Positions 27,749-43,567 are shown, counted from the first letter of the stretch. The stretch: DNA of 64,000 bases from Eledone cirrhosa (GCA_964016885.1 OZ024747.1:64728001-64792000); one strand, 5' to 3'. The notes: generated from the sequence alone by a model not told the origin. A program made the numbers and translations.

Positions 27749-28039
27749 GCGAAGGTAGATAAGGTTTTGTTTATGTCTATCCGGAATGAATGTTTAAACA
27801 AGAAACCTATTTACCAGAAAGTTTGACTCGACCGTATCCTTTGAATCGTATAGCATAAATATCGAAGTAGGCGAATATGGTATAGATGTCCAGAAGAGAT
27901 CACGGAGTATATTAATGTAAGCAACTATTGCACCAAGGAAAATAAAACGTCGGCGTGACGATACTATGAATTTATTTGCTTTGACATATGTTTCCATGTC
28001 TATTATAAATTATCTACATATGCTGACAACAATATATAA

Positions 28040-28141
28040 TTGTTTCTACTTTTGGCACAAGGCCACCACATACCCAGTACATTACTGGTACTTTATTTCA
28101 TCGACCCCGTAAGGATGAAAGGCAAAGTTAGCCTCGGTGGG
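28040..28141 (-). mobile_element. SINE, 5'-truncated
   Basis: TTGTTTCTACTTTTGGCACAAGGCC...TCGACCCCGTAAGGATGAAAGGCAAAG. Confidence 0.85.
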
Positions 28142-28876
28142 ATAATATATAATGTTTGAGTCATATGCAAAACACAATTATTTATTACACTTCATCAGAA
28201 AGCAAAATACAGTAATTCTGCCCCTCTCCATATAACTTCTCTCCTCCCATATATGGGGAAAATCAAAACCTTCACCTATAAAAATGGTCACAAAATAATT
28301 GTTCCACATCACAACCCATGGAAACTAGTTTGAATCTCTTTACCCCCCCCCCCCCCCTCCTCTCTTCTATCACACTAACTGACTGTAATCTATGCTATTT
28401 TTAACTTATTTACATTTTCTTTAACGAAAATCTCATTACTGAACTTTACTTCGTGGTGAACAGTTGAATTCCACTACTATAGGCTTCTGATGAAGTTTAA
28501 TAAGTAATTAAGCATTGCATATGATAGAGCAATATATATTGTAGTCAACGTATTATTCACGTCAACGTATTGTTTCTCTTGGCGCTATATATATAGTTTT
28601 GCACCACTGACGATGCTGCATATGTGCAACGAAAGAACTTTGATAAACTATATATATGTGTTTGTGTCTATATTGTATCTGTATTTTTGACTGCTGGTCA
28701 GTCAATGGCAACATTGAGGACCGAATAAATTAAATTAACCGATATAAAAGACACAGAAGCGAAAGCCAACCAAACAGTGAATGTGTTCTGTTATTAATTG
28801 TGGCAATATAACACAAATATGACCCTCCCCAAGTATAACAATATATATATGTAAACATATATATATATATATATAA

Positions 28877-28982
<106 letters not shown>

Positions 28983-29077
28983 AAGATGAATATAAAATGA
29001 AAGTGCTTTTTTTAAAAAGGAATTTATTAGGTATTGACATATGTTTCTGTAACAGACGGAATACCTATGTATCGCTA

Positions 29078-29132
<55 letters not shown>

Positions 29133-29724
29133 CAGCGGGAGGAAGTGCAGGTGTATGTGTACATATAGAGGGAGAATGAGAGATACAGATGAGAAATAGT
29201 GTATTTTAACGCACAGTAAATAACATGTGTACACTTATTTTATTCCTTAGGAAATCAAATCAAATTTTACAGTCCATGATATTATTCATTTAATAACCCT
29301 GCAGTCATTAGAAACTAACAATTTGTTCAGTAGATTATTTATGAAATTATTGATTCTCTGGTACTTTTTGCAGCTTTCGTACTCTCCCACGTTAATTTTA
29401 TGTTATTTCTTAGCTATACCACCTAGCAAAAGTTACAAAGTTTCATAAAATGGTCTATGAGACTATGTTAGTTATGTACTAAAATACATATTTATATTTT
29501 CCAAAACATCTGTTGAAGACTTCGTGATTTCAAATTGATTTATCAGCTAACTTATTGGTGAAACATTGCAGTTCATATTTAATTGTAAATAAGATGTCAG
29601 ACACTTATTCTCTGAGAATTATATTAACACAGTACACAGCAAGTATCAATTTAGCATTGGTTATTAGTTTAGTACATATGCCTCTGTGGTCCTACAGATA
29701 GACACAAGTATATATGTATGTATT

Positions 29725-29809
<85 letters not shown>

Positions 29810-29851
29810 ATATATATATATGTATATTCACATATATATATATATTATGTT

Positions 29852-29888
<37 letters not shown>

Positions 29889-29925
29889 TCACATATATAT
29901 ATATTATGTTGGCATATATATATAT

Positions 29926-30046
<121 letters not shown>

Positions 30047-30166
30047 CATATATATATATATTCATATATATATATATATCTATATCTCGTTTCTGAATTT
30101 GTTTAGCAAGATTCTTTATCTGAAATCGTGTGTTGAAACCGATATTGTTATATGTATATATATGTT

Positions 30167-30259
<93 letters not shown>

Positions 30260-30624
30260 ATATGTGTGTGTGTGTGTGTTTCCATATGTATCTTCGAGCA
30301 TCTGTGTTGAAAGAGGGAGAAGGCGAGGAGGGTAGATAGATAGATAGGTAGATAAAAAGCGATAGAGAGAGAAATGTATCCATATATACAATATACTAAC
30401 GCATGAATATAAGATTATTTACAGAAATACACGGGAATATGATTAATCATATAAGTTACGCTAGTGTGAGGCATACATAACCACTTTACCTGAATTGCTA
30501 ATACCTTTAGATGAAACTGATATCCTCACTCAATATATATGATTTTAATAATTATGGAAACACCTAAGTTTTCACATCTTTGTAACTTTCACTGAATGAT
30601 ACATAACACACATATATGAATACA

Positions 30625-30740
<116 letters not shown>

Positions 30741-30947
30741 ATATATATATAAACGGAAAAAATGAAACGAAATTTCATTTGCCACTCTTAGTACGGCTGT
30801 TACTTAAATATATGTATGTACACGTACATACATATATTTATACAGACGTACAGTAGTATGTATATATATATATATACATACATGCACATATATATATATA
30901 TATGTACGTATGGATTCACCGAACATTTATTATAATACGTGTACATA

Positions 30948-31093
<146 letters not shown>

Positions 31094-32294
31094 CACATAG
31101 ATATGTATTTATATATACCTAATCATATCTATAAATGTATATGTATATATATACAAATAAAATATAGAGTTATTAACTCATTTAGATACCCTGCAATTAA
31201 CACGGCATCTACTTTGTTTACTTCTACACATATTAATATGTATATACATATATATGTGCGTGTGTGTGTGTGTATACAAATACATATATATATTCATATA
31301 TAAATATAAATATAAATATATATATATGTGTATATATATATTTATTTATTTATATATATATATATTTATTTATATATAGCGCATATATATATGTGTGTGT
31401 GTGTGTATGTGTGTGTGTGTGTGTGTGTGTCTGTGTGTGTTTGTTTGGATGTATATATATGTGTGTGTGTGTGTGTGTGTACAGATATACGATCAATGAA
31501 TTTAATTTCACAGGAACTCTTATCTTGGCAACAGTAGATTTACATGATGGTTTTGGAAAAGACTTTGTAATTTCTTTGGTGGTTCGGAAAATAGTCTTTG
31601 CTAATTATATATGTAGAGGAAGTGTTAATTGTTTCGTTCGATGGTAGAAGTGATAGAAATCAGACTCTTTACTAGTAATGTCTTTAATTTCCCGTCTATA
31701 CCCTCTAGCTGTAATCGATATGCCAACACTTCAAGACAAATAAGAATTATATAGATCTTAACACAAACGTGATCAAAGAAATTACGCTGACATGACTCGT
31801 TGAGCGATTTTGTTTTATGTTTTATCTTTTATCTACGAAACGTTATGTGATAAATATTTGTATATATTTACTCTATATTATATGTTTAAATATGTTACAA
31901 TATACTATATATATATATATTTTTTTTTTTTTATCTACCACTCTATATAATATATGCTTGTTTATGTTATTCGATATGCTATGTTTTTTTTTGTTTTTTT
32001 TATATTATTCAATAGGGCATACGGAATGTAATCGTACCGATTGATAATATATTTTTCAGTAGAAGTAAGTTTCACAGAATGAGATAATGATCTGGTGAGT
32101 AAAAAACGAGGTGTATATGTAATTTCGTTTGTATGGTGTTGAACACCTTAGATTTAATAGTACATACAGTAATTCTTTCTAAATACAGGAATTAAATACC
32201 GACCAATTGCACAGAATGACACACACACACAAACATATATATATATATGGTGAGGAAACATAAGTCAATTGCATGAACTCATACTCCTTTATTT

Positions 32295-32351
32295 ACTGCT
32301 ATATACATTTCGATATATAGCCATTCAGTGGCTATGACCTCATCTGGCAGT
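32295..32351 (-). ncRNA. Hammerhead ribozyme family A copy with a core substitution (CAGATGA)
   Basis: Minus strand ACTGC-CAGATGA-GGTCATAGCC..GGCTAT..-GAAA-TGTATATA-GCAGT then AATAAA; homologous to 3201-3269. Confidence 0.6.
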
Positions 32352-32749
32352 TAGTCAGTGCCAACTCTGTGTTTATAGTGTTGATGGTATCAGAGCCTTG
32401 GGATATATGAGATTGTTAGGAATAATTTAATGTTGTCAGCAGGAATAATCTTAATTCTCATTGGTCAGTTTGTAGATGCTAGTGGGGTTGGTATTTGACC
32501 TCAAAGAGGCAGGTGGTGTTGTAGAGGCATGGTACAGCTAATAGTTATGCCTAAACCTGGAGTTTCTTTGACGGAGAGGCGGTAGTGCATTATAACCCTT
32601 CGTCACCTCACCAGATGTTCATTAGTAGATTCAGTTGCCACCACTTTGAGGGCGACTGGCCGAGCAGCTAGTTGGTCAGTCGTCCTCTTTGTCTCTGTCT
32701 CTGATTTTTTGGACCCATGGTGTTTTACATATTCCTTTGTTATATTCCA

Positions 32750-32807
32750 ATACCTGATGATATCACCGGATTCATATGGAACCCGGTCATTGAAATGATC
32801 ATAGTAT
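32750..32807 (+). ncRNA. Hammerhead ribozyme family B, third copy
   Basis: Nearly identical to 26222-26279; similarity continues downstream to the (TA)n at about 32862. Confidence 0.7.
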
Positions 32808-32855
32808 AATAAACCTTTCAAGGATTTACACCAGTCCAGCCTCCTGTTATTTTAT

Positions 32856-32909
<54 letters not shown>

Positions 32910-33433
32910 CGAAACATAAGTCAATTGCATGAACTCATAATCCTTTATTTACTGCTCTATTTGTATGAAATTGTAAATAAGACAAAAGTATTAGAACAGG
33001 GGGAAATAACTCACCGAACGCGATAGTAAATAGACCGTTTTGGGGCCCCATGGACCACATTTTTCAAGTTAGATATTTGAAATCTCGTCTATTTGCTTCC
33101 TTGGCACTTTTTACATAGGTGTGTAAATTTTCATGTCCATCCGACCACGTCTACTACCATTTAACCGTGCACAACTGAATTTCAACCACCACCCATTTCA
33201 CAAATATATATTAGATATATATATGTTTTAACGGTCTATTCTCCGATTTCTTACTTTCCCACGTGCTTACGCTCTGCTAACTCTCTAGCCCACTAAATAT
33301 TAACACTTCGAATATTTAGTACTGCCGGCACTAGTATCGAGCACCTTTGGCATACGCTACTTGGCAAATAACTGTATGTATCACCTATCCTCCCCTTTTT
33401 TTTTCTCTTTCTCGATACGTAAATACTGTATAC

Positions 33434-33503
<70 letters not shown>

Positions 33504-33505
<2 letters not shown>

Positions 33506-34523
33506 TGCGATTCTGTTTTTTTCTCTCTCTCTCTCTCTCTCTTACTGCTCCCTCGCTCTCTCTGTTTCTCCTACTTTCTTTCGCCCTCTCTGTCATGTTA
33601 GTTAACTCTTCCTCACACTTCCACTCACTCTACTCACTGTTTCTCCTCTTCTCACTTCACCCCGTTCGCGACGAAATCATTTTCTCTCTTCTCACATTTG
33701 AATTCGCTCCTGAAAGGTCTTTTTTCTAAGCGCTCATATATTCACCTAGCTTATGCTAACAGAATAACTATGAAGCTTGTTCCCTTCCTTCTACGGTTAG
33801 CTATCCTCTTTGTTGTTATCTTGTTTCACTCGCTTTACGCGTTTTAATTGTCCTAATAACTTAATTTAGTTATTATTGCACCGACGTGAGGTATATGATT
33901 TTTAATACAATGAAATATCTATGATCGTCGGCAAATCACTGATGAGGGACTTATTTTATTATATGTTATCCATGTGCAACCAGCAGTATTCTTCTCCCCA
34001 TTTTTTCACATATATTTACCTAAACTGCGATTCTGTTTTTTTCTCTCTCTCTCTCTTACTGCTCCCTCGCTCTCTCTGTTTCTCCTACTTTCTTTCGCCC
34101 TCTCTGTCATGTCAGTTAACTCTTCCTCACACTTCCACTCACTCACTCACTGTTTCTCCTCTTCTCACTTCACCCCGTTCGCGACGAAATCATTTTCTCT
34201 CTTCTCACATTTGAATTCGTTCCTGAAAGGTCTTTTTTCTAAGCGCTCATATATTCACCTAGCTTATGCTAACATAATAACTATGAAGCTTATTCCCTTC
34301 CTTCTACGGTTAGCTATCCTCTTTGTCGTTATCTTGTTTCACTCGCTTTACGCGTTTTAATTGTCCTAATAACTTAATATAGTTATTATTGCACCGACGT
34401 GAGGTATATGATTTTTAATGCAATGAAATATCTATGATCGTCGGCAAATCACTGATGAGGGACTTATTTTATTACATGTTATCCATGTGCAACCAGCAGT
34501 ATTCTTCTCCCCATTTTTTCACA
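33504..34523. repeat. Tandem duplication, about 520-bp unit x2, between (TA)n tracts
   Basis: ACTGCGATTCTGTTTTTT at 33504 and 34024; the units are near-identical; each has a CTGATGAGGGAC near its end but no intact GAAA. Confidence 0.9.
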
Positions 34524-34719
34524 TATATATATATATATATATATGTATATGTGGGTATGTATGCGTGCGTGTGTATGTCTGTTTAGACATTCACATACAT
34601 ACAAATTCATATATGAATATATATATATACATACTTATATATATATATATATATTCATATATGAATCTGTATGTATGTGAATGTCTAAACAGACATACAC
34701 ACGCATACATATACATATG

Positions 34720-34860
<141 letters not shown>

Positions 34861-34879
34861 AAATCAAAAGATGGTTAAA

Positions 34880-37330
34880 AGATTTCCAAGTACTTTATTA
34901 TGCGCATTTCAAAAACAAAAAATAAAGTAAGATGGATATATGAGATTGGGAAAAAATGAGGTGTGGGGGGGGGGGGGGGGTAGGAAAAAGTAAGGAAGAG
35001 GAGGAAAGAAAATAATGGTGGGGGAGGAGTATAAGAAGGAAGGACTAGAATGGAGGAGAAATGAGTGATATAGAGAGAGAAATAGCCTTTACAACTGAGA
35101 AAACATTGTCTCACAGAGAGAAATTAAAAAACCGTTGGGAGATTATAGATAATTTTAAAACATTTTGAAATTAAAAGTTAATGAGGTTTATGGATGTTGA
35201 TGTTTATGATTGAAGAAAAAGGAATTAGGAATATTATTAATTTAGGTTTATATAATATGTGCGAAAAAAAAGAATTTATTAATATGTATTATTAAAATAA
35301 AAATATTAACGATATTAAGGATATAATGTGAAAGAAGGAGAAGAAGAAATGAATTATGAACTTAGAGGAATTAGTTAGGGTTTAAGTTTGTTTTTATGTA
35401 TTGTAATATGTAAAAGTAAATAATAGGTTTAAAACGAGCATGGAAGGAGAGAAGAAAAAAGAGAATTTAAGGAAGAAAAAATATCTAACGTCAAAAAGTA
35501 TATATATGTTTACAAACATTTTCTAATGGTAATATTATTATATATTAAAAAATATATAGTTTCTATGGCCAATGATAGGATGAAAAATGGGAAAAGGGAA
35601 AATGCTGTAGTGAGTAATAATATCAATTGAGAAGTAATTGGGAAGTAAAAGTTACAGATTAAAGATTAGAAATTAACAAAGAAAAAAGGAAGAAAGGAAA
35701 AAGGATAAAAAGAAGAAAGATAGGGGATCACAACGACATAGAGTGAGTAAATTGTATAATATAATATACTGAAATAAGGTAGACAGATTGGTATATTTGT
35801 AAAAGATATAAAAGCATTTGAGAAAAGAAGATTTTAAACTAATTAGGTATTGAGATATTAGCTGTATACTTTATGGAATGTTCTATGGGATTTATACAAG
35901 CAGAGCGAAAATAAATCCGTATTATAGAATTAAAATTAGATATAATGGTAAATTTCTCTGCTAGGCAGGGATTACATGTTCTGGATGGGGAAGAATTCAG
36001 GTAAGGAAAGGCGTTGCAAGCCTTCCTCCAAGAGATGTTATAGTTAATATTTTTGTCTTTTAAGGACCATATGATTTGCAAGAGTGCCATGTTAGTTCTT
36101 TTAAGTTGATATTTAAAAGACGATTTGTGATTATAACATTTTGTTTTAAAGGAAGTGGAAGTGGAACCGAAATAGGTAAAAAAATTAGTACCAGTTATAA
36201 CCGTACATTCATACACTAAGTTTTTATCAAGACATTGGTTATTAAGAGGACATTTAGTTCTAACAGGGCAATTACAATTAGGATTAGATAAATTAACAGA
36301 GTTATTAACAAGTGACCTAGTATTATTTATAGAAGGAATTGGATTGGAGAAGTTATTTACGATAGGAACTATAGTTTTCTGATTCAACGAAGTTACGTTT
36401 GACGTCGTATTTAAATTTACTGAATCTAACCTAGAGTTAACATTGACGTCGGGTATACTACTGCTATTATTACGACGCTCAGTATTGGATGTATGTAATT
36501 TATTACTTAATATTCATTATTGTGTTTAGAGATAATGTTAGAGATGTTGGAAGTGGTGGAATAAGAAAATTTGATTGTATGTTTGTTAAACATTTTACTA
36601 TAGATATGCAAGGGAGGGGGAAGCATTTATCTAAGGCCCTAAAGAATAGTTTAGGAATATTATTAGTGATAGATAGAGAAAAAGGAGCACTATTCCAAAT
36701 CATATTTTTGTATCTAGGTATTTTATTTAAGTAATTGGAATGTTCATAATTAACTATTTTACTATAAGTCCTTCGATGATTGGTTTCTTTACTGTATTTA
36801 ATTTTATCAGGATAGCCGGCTTTAGAAAGCGCATTATTATAGTAATTGGCAATAGCGTCGAAGATAACTTTATTAGAGATTTGAGATTCTTTTTTCAATA
36901 TTACTAACTATAGCATGTTTAACGTTAGTGGGGTGGTTAGATTTAAAATTAACATAATTTAGATTCTCATTGTTTTTATGGTAAGGGTAATATAGGCCAG
37001 TGTCAAGATTAAGGGATATATCCAAGAAGTTAGCTAGCTTGACATTGTTATCAAATTCAATTGTATGGTTATGGTGCTTAAATAGATCAAGTATATTGTT
37101 CTTAATAATATTAAGGTTAACTAAGTTACAGTTTAAGACAGTAAAAAGGGCATCGCCACGATAAATTCCACCGCGAAGTTGAGGAATTTTCTGATTTAAA
37201 GAATTCAGAATAAAGATACCAATCAAATCCCTCAATTGCGATGAATCGGAAGCACCCATTGTGATATCAACATTGTTGGAAGTATCAACTCCAGTCCAAT
37301 ATTCATTGTTGAATTCAAGATAGTTTTTCT
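34880..37330 (-). mobile_element. Decayed Penelope-like element (RT C-terminal half, thumb, GIY-YIG endonuclease, 3' UTR)
   Basis: VDITMGASDSSQLRDLIGIFIL..GIYRGDAL (RT, YRDD degenerate), NFLDISLNL..YYPYHK, YVNFKSNHP, MIWNSAPFS, CNC..CPL..CL..VYECTV..YFGST..FK..YNHKSSF, CNPCLAEK; several frameshifts. Confidence 0.9.
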
Positions 37331-37563
37331 TGTGGTGTATATAATTATAGGTGTGTGTATGTCTGTGTGCGTGGGTGTATGGGGAGAGATGTAGGTATGA
37401 ATGTATGTATATAAATATACACATATACTTTTAAGTATATGTATGTGTGTATGTATGGATGTATATTTGTATGTATGCAAGTATATAAATATATATATAT
37501 ATATATATATACGTATGTATCTATGCATATATATATATCTGTGTGTGTGTGCATATGCATGTA

Positions 37564-37620
<57 letters not shown>

Positions 37621-37792
37621 GTGTGCGTGCATACATATGTATATATGATGTGTTTGTGTATTCTCACTTCTCTATGTCTGTAAGAATAAGGCAATTTTAT
37701 GTAAATAAGTTACGTAATTAGAAACCACAAAACTAAATCACTGTTTCACCACTAACCGACCTTCAGAACACACACACACACACACACACACG

Positions 37793-37840
<48 letters not shown>

Positions 37841-37935
37841 CCTACGCAGGCACATAAAGAAATATTTTCATGTCGTTATCTTTCACTCGCAATACATATA
37901 ATTATGTACATATATATCCTTCACTACTCTTTTTT

Positions 37936-37976
<41 letters not shown>

Positions 37977-38559
37977 TGTGTGTGTGTGTGTGTGTTTGTG
38001 TGTGTTTGTGTATGGGTGTGTGAGTGGGAGTGTGTGTCAGTCGGTGTGCTTGCTTGTATGTGTGTGTATGCGTGTGTGTGCGTGTCTGTATATGTATGAA
38101 TGCGTCTGTGCGTATGTGATTGCTGTCTCTGTGTGTGTATGCACATATAATATTTGTTGTTAACAGTGTTTCGAAGCTTGAAATCTCTCGCACACACATT
38201 AGCATCATATATTAGGATATATTTCTGGTGAGAGGCAGTGAATAAGCTATGTTAGTAAAAGGTCAAACTAAATGCTCTTCTGTATTTAAATTCGTTCATA
38301 TATATTGGCAAGTAAATTTCCATTAGTTCCGGGTATATACTCTGTTTTTGTACACTTCAGGAAAAGTTAATGTGTATAAATTCACATATGCTCCTACGTT
38401 CATATAAACATATTAAAATCCGTTATTTTACCAGAGTTACTAAGATAGAAACAAACATTATAAAATCCATATGTTTTTAGGTTTTAAAACATCATTACAT
38501 TTATTAATATTTGTAAGATGGTAGAGATTCCATAACGCATTTCATAATTTATTTATGGC

Positions 38560-38845
38560 GATTGCCTTTCATGTTTATGGAGTCGATAAGGTAAAGCACC
38601 CCCAACAAAAAAGAATTGTGCCTAAATCAGAAACCATTATATTTATGGTGTAAGGGCGGTGGATTAGCGAAATCGTTAGTGTGTCGGGGAAATGCTTCGC
38701 GGCATAGAGTTACGGCCCTTTACATTCTGATTTTAAATCTTTTCATGGTCGATACAATAAAACACCAATAACACACTTGGGTCGATTTAATCGACTTTCC
38801 CCTCCCATAAACGTGTTGGCTTGGGGTCTAAATCTGAAACCATTG
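38560..38845 (+). mobile_element. Two tandem degraded SINE copies
   Basis: TTGCCTTTCAT..GTCGATAA; GGGCGGTGGATTAGC; tails GCCTAAATCAGAAACCATTAT and GTCTAAATCTGAAACCATTG. Confidence 0.75.
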
Positions 38846-39478
38846 TTTATTTATGGTGTATATTTTCTGATATTAGAAGAAACAAAATGAATGACAGCTA
38901 TGTTACGTCGAATTCCAAAGAGTATATATTATAAATGAAAATATCTATTGATAATGTCAGTTGTTCTATGATGGCAACACGTGAACTGGTAACGAACGTT
39001 CCCTAGGAATAAAATGTGGAAAGTATTGATCGCATTTGTGAAGGAACTACAAGAATAATAATTTACTTTCTGAAACTTCTACGACTTTTTGTAAATTATA
39101 TTTTTATAGAAATTCTTCATTTTCAAAATATGGACTTAATAAAAGATCATGAGTAAAATAGATTACGTTACGATTCAAATTCATGAAAGGTTAATTTGTT
39201 AACTTGGAAATTGAAACGGACAAGTTCTGGACGAAATAGAGTTTGAAACATTGTCTTATTCAAGTCACGAAGCTGAAAGTTAAATTGAATTGTAATTTCT
39301 TGCTTACTCTTTCGTAACGTTACTGACCGAACTGTTTCAGTTTTTAAAGAAACTTTCTCTTGTTGAGTTTTTCCTGGTGTATTTCTTCCTATTTGTCATA
39401 AAACAGAACATAAATACCTGAATCCTATAGTTGAGCTAATACCTGTTTTATAGATATCTTACACACACACACACACAG

Positions 39479-39578
<100 letters not shown>

Positions 39579-39892
39579 ATATTTATATCTATATTTATAT
39601 ATGTTTGATATAGCTATAAATATGTAGGGTAGTACTAAGTACAATCCGTTTTCGACATTCCTTATGTTCCGATGAAGAAACAATTGTCAGCTAATAAAAG
39701 TTCTAAACTAAAATTTGATCGTTTTAACACTTTGTATATATATATATATATATGTAAAAGTTCTATTTAAATTGTTGGGATACAACAAGCAAATATTTTT
39801 ATAACTGATATTAAATATTTGGAGTAAAAATACGATATTAACAAATGGAAACTATATTTATAAAACCATATTTATTTCATTATACATATAAA

Positions 39893-39951
39893 ACAAAGTA
39901 CCAGTAATGCACTGGGTAATTGCTGGCCTTGTGCCTAAAGTAGAAACAATT
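39893..39951 (+). mobile_element. SINE 3' fragment
   Basis: AAAGTACCAGTAATGCACTGGGTAATTGCTGGCCTTGTGCCTAAAGTAGAAACAATTAT. Confidence 0.85.
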
Positions 39952-40008
39952 ATACATATAAATATAGTTAAATATAGTTTATAAATATAGTTTCCATATG
40001 TTAATATC

Positions 40009-40042
<34 letters not shown>

Positions 40043-40316
40043 GATATATTTTTAACATAAAAACATAAAAACAATAAATATTTTTAACATAAAAACAGGT
40101 AGAATTCCCAAAACTAATCAGATCAGAGCAAACAGCACGGACACTCTATCTCAAAATTATTTTTGAAAAGCATTTAGAAATGCGCAACCGGTAAAAACTT
40201 AAAAACTTAAAACCACAACTGAATACTAACCCATACAATCACTAATACTCTTTTATTCCTAATTAAACCATTTTTCAACTGTGAACAATTTGTCAGCATT
40301 TTCTATTCCGTTTACC

Positions 40317-41361
<1,045 letters not shown>

Positions 41362-42091
41362 TCAATAATAAATGCTGGATGAAAGGAAATGCTGAGCTTA
41401 ATTAAGAGGTCAGACGGCACTGCTGCAATACATCTGTTGTCTTTTTAATATAAATCAAACGATTTTCCATGGAAGAGAATCGACAAGAATTTCATTTATA
41501 ATTTTGGATTACAGCACCTCAGATATTAAAGCCAACGCTTATTATGAAATGAAAAATCTAATAATATCCATCCATCATTTATTTGTATTCTAATATATAA
41601 CAATAAATATTACACATTAATATGTCCGGATGAGTGATTATGAAACTGAAAATATATAGATTTATGTAATACAATCATCACAATTATTGAGTTGATGATT
41701 TTATATTAACTATTTTTTCAAATAAACTGTTTATAAGTAGTAATGTCTCAAGTGTGTCGCATAGAAGCCGCACCAACGACCACACGGGTGGTGTCGATCT
41801 GCTAGATAGTAATGCCAGTCAAATAACTCTCAGGCTACAACATATCGTATTAAAACAAGATAGTCGATTTTATATATCATTCAAAATGATGGCGCTGTCT
41901 CGAAATTACAAACCATTAACATAATATGTAATCGTATGCTATGTACATTTCATTTGATAACTAGTCACATATGTAATTTTATTTGAACAATACCACTGAA
42001 TAATTATATTAAAAACATGTCCGTATTATACAATCTACATTCCAGTTTACCTTATCGAATGTAATAGCCTTGCTTGATTCAAATTGCATTC

Positions 42092-42650
42092 ATAGTGTAT
42101 TTTGCAATACAATGTATGCTTAATTAAAAGCATTTCGAAGACCTTACGCTATTGTTTTAGAGCAGTGACAGTCTCTCTTACTTTAAATTTTCAGCAAACA
42201 GGGAGATAAATCTGACAGAGCTCTGTTTCGTACTTTTTGGTATTTATCAAAGCTAAATACTACACCTGTTAGCTGAAAATCATGAATGTTTGATTCTTAT
42301 AGAATTCTAGTAATAATCAGGAACTGATTATACAGAGCGGTTGCCGGTCAAGCAGAAATTGAAAATTAGAATTGTTGCTCTGAAATAGCGATATATATAT
42401 GCATGTATATATAGTGTATTTTGCAATACATTGTATGCTTAATTAAAAGCATTTCAAAGACCTTTTCAGCAAACAGGTAGAGTACTTAGCTTTGATAAGT
42501 ACCAAAAAGTACGAAACAGAGCTCTGTCAGATTTATCTCCCCTGTTTGCTGAAAATTTAAAGTAAGTGAGACTGTCACTACTCTAAAACAATAGAGTAAG
42601 GTCTTCGAAATGCTTTTAATTAAGCATACAGTGTATTGCAAAATACACTA
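42092..42650. mobile_element. Partial tandem plus inverted element related to the 310-bp satellite monomer
   Basis: Direct repeat with a 319-bp period (42092 and 42411); 42092-42262 is inverted at about 42482-42650; 42296-42398 is homologous to the satellite (AGAGCGGTTGCCGGTC..GCAGAAATT..GCTCTGAAATAGCGATATATAT); HHR-like TTGATAA-GTAC/GTAC-GAAA-CAGAGCTCTG-TC. Confidence 0.75.
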
Positions 42651-42657
42651 TATATAC

Positions 42658-42762
<105 letters not shown>

Positions 42763-42793
42763 AATATATATATAAATATATATATATATATAA

Positions 42794-42886
<93 letters not shown>

Positions 42887-42910
42887 TATATATATACATA
42901 TATACATATG

Positions 42911-43520
42911 AAAAAGAAAATGTTCGCTCTACATGGCTGAATACAATAAATGTAATCTCAGTTTTTCGAATATTAATAATTGTTTCTACTTTTGGCACAA
43001 GGCCAGCAATTACCCAGTGCATTACTGGTACTTTATTTTATCGACCCCATAAGGATGACAGGCAAAGTTAACCTCGGCGGGATTTGAACTCAGATCGTAA
43101 AGGGACGTAACTACGCTGGAAAGCATGTCTGACCCTCTACCAATAATAACATTCGATTCGTTTGCAATTTTGCAAACAAGCCTCAATGTTATAGCCATGC
43201 TATACAATTGAGGCGTGTCTGCAAAATTGCAAACGAATCGAATGTTATTATTAATATTCAAAAATATGGCGGTGGATTGGCAGTATCGGTAGAGGGTGGG
43301 ACGCCAAGCTTTCCACCATAGTTACGTCCCTTTACGATCTGAGTTCAAATCCCGCCGAGGTTGACTTTGCCTTTCATCATTACGGGGTCGATAAAATAAA
43401 GTACCAGTAATGCACTGGGTAATTGCTGGCCTTGTGCCAACATTAGAAACAATTATTAATATTCGAAAAACTCAGATACATTTATTGTATTCAGCCATGT
43501 AGAACGAACATTTTCTTTTT
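42911..43520. repeat. Palindrome carrying a SINE in each arm (42979-43143 minus, 43267-43455 plus)
   Basis: Both SINEs and about 65 bp of outer flank are reverse complements; central hairpin 43143-43252. Confidence 0.85.
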
Positions 43521-43567
43521 TATTTTAATTTGGCAAAGCCGGCCATTTATCGCTCGTATACAGGAAA

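Noticed and set aside
28480-28650. CTGATGA and CTGACGA..GAAA motifs
   Set aside because: Stems I and III do not pair convincingly
32990-33216. Possible non-autonomous Helitron/Helentron on the minus strand
   Set aside because: Only vague terminal resemblance; the termini could not be defined
39666-39700. CCGATGA-A-GAAACAATTGTC..AATAAA
   Set aside because: Core is mutated and stem II is absent; at most a decayed remnant
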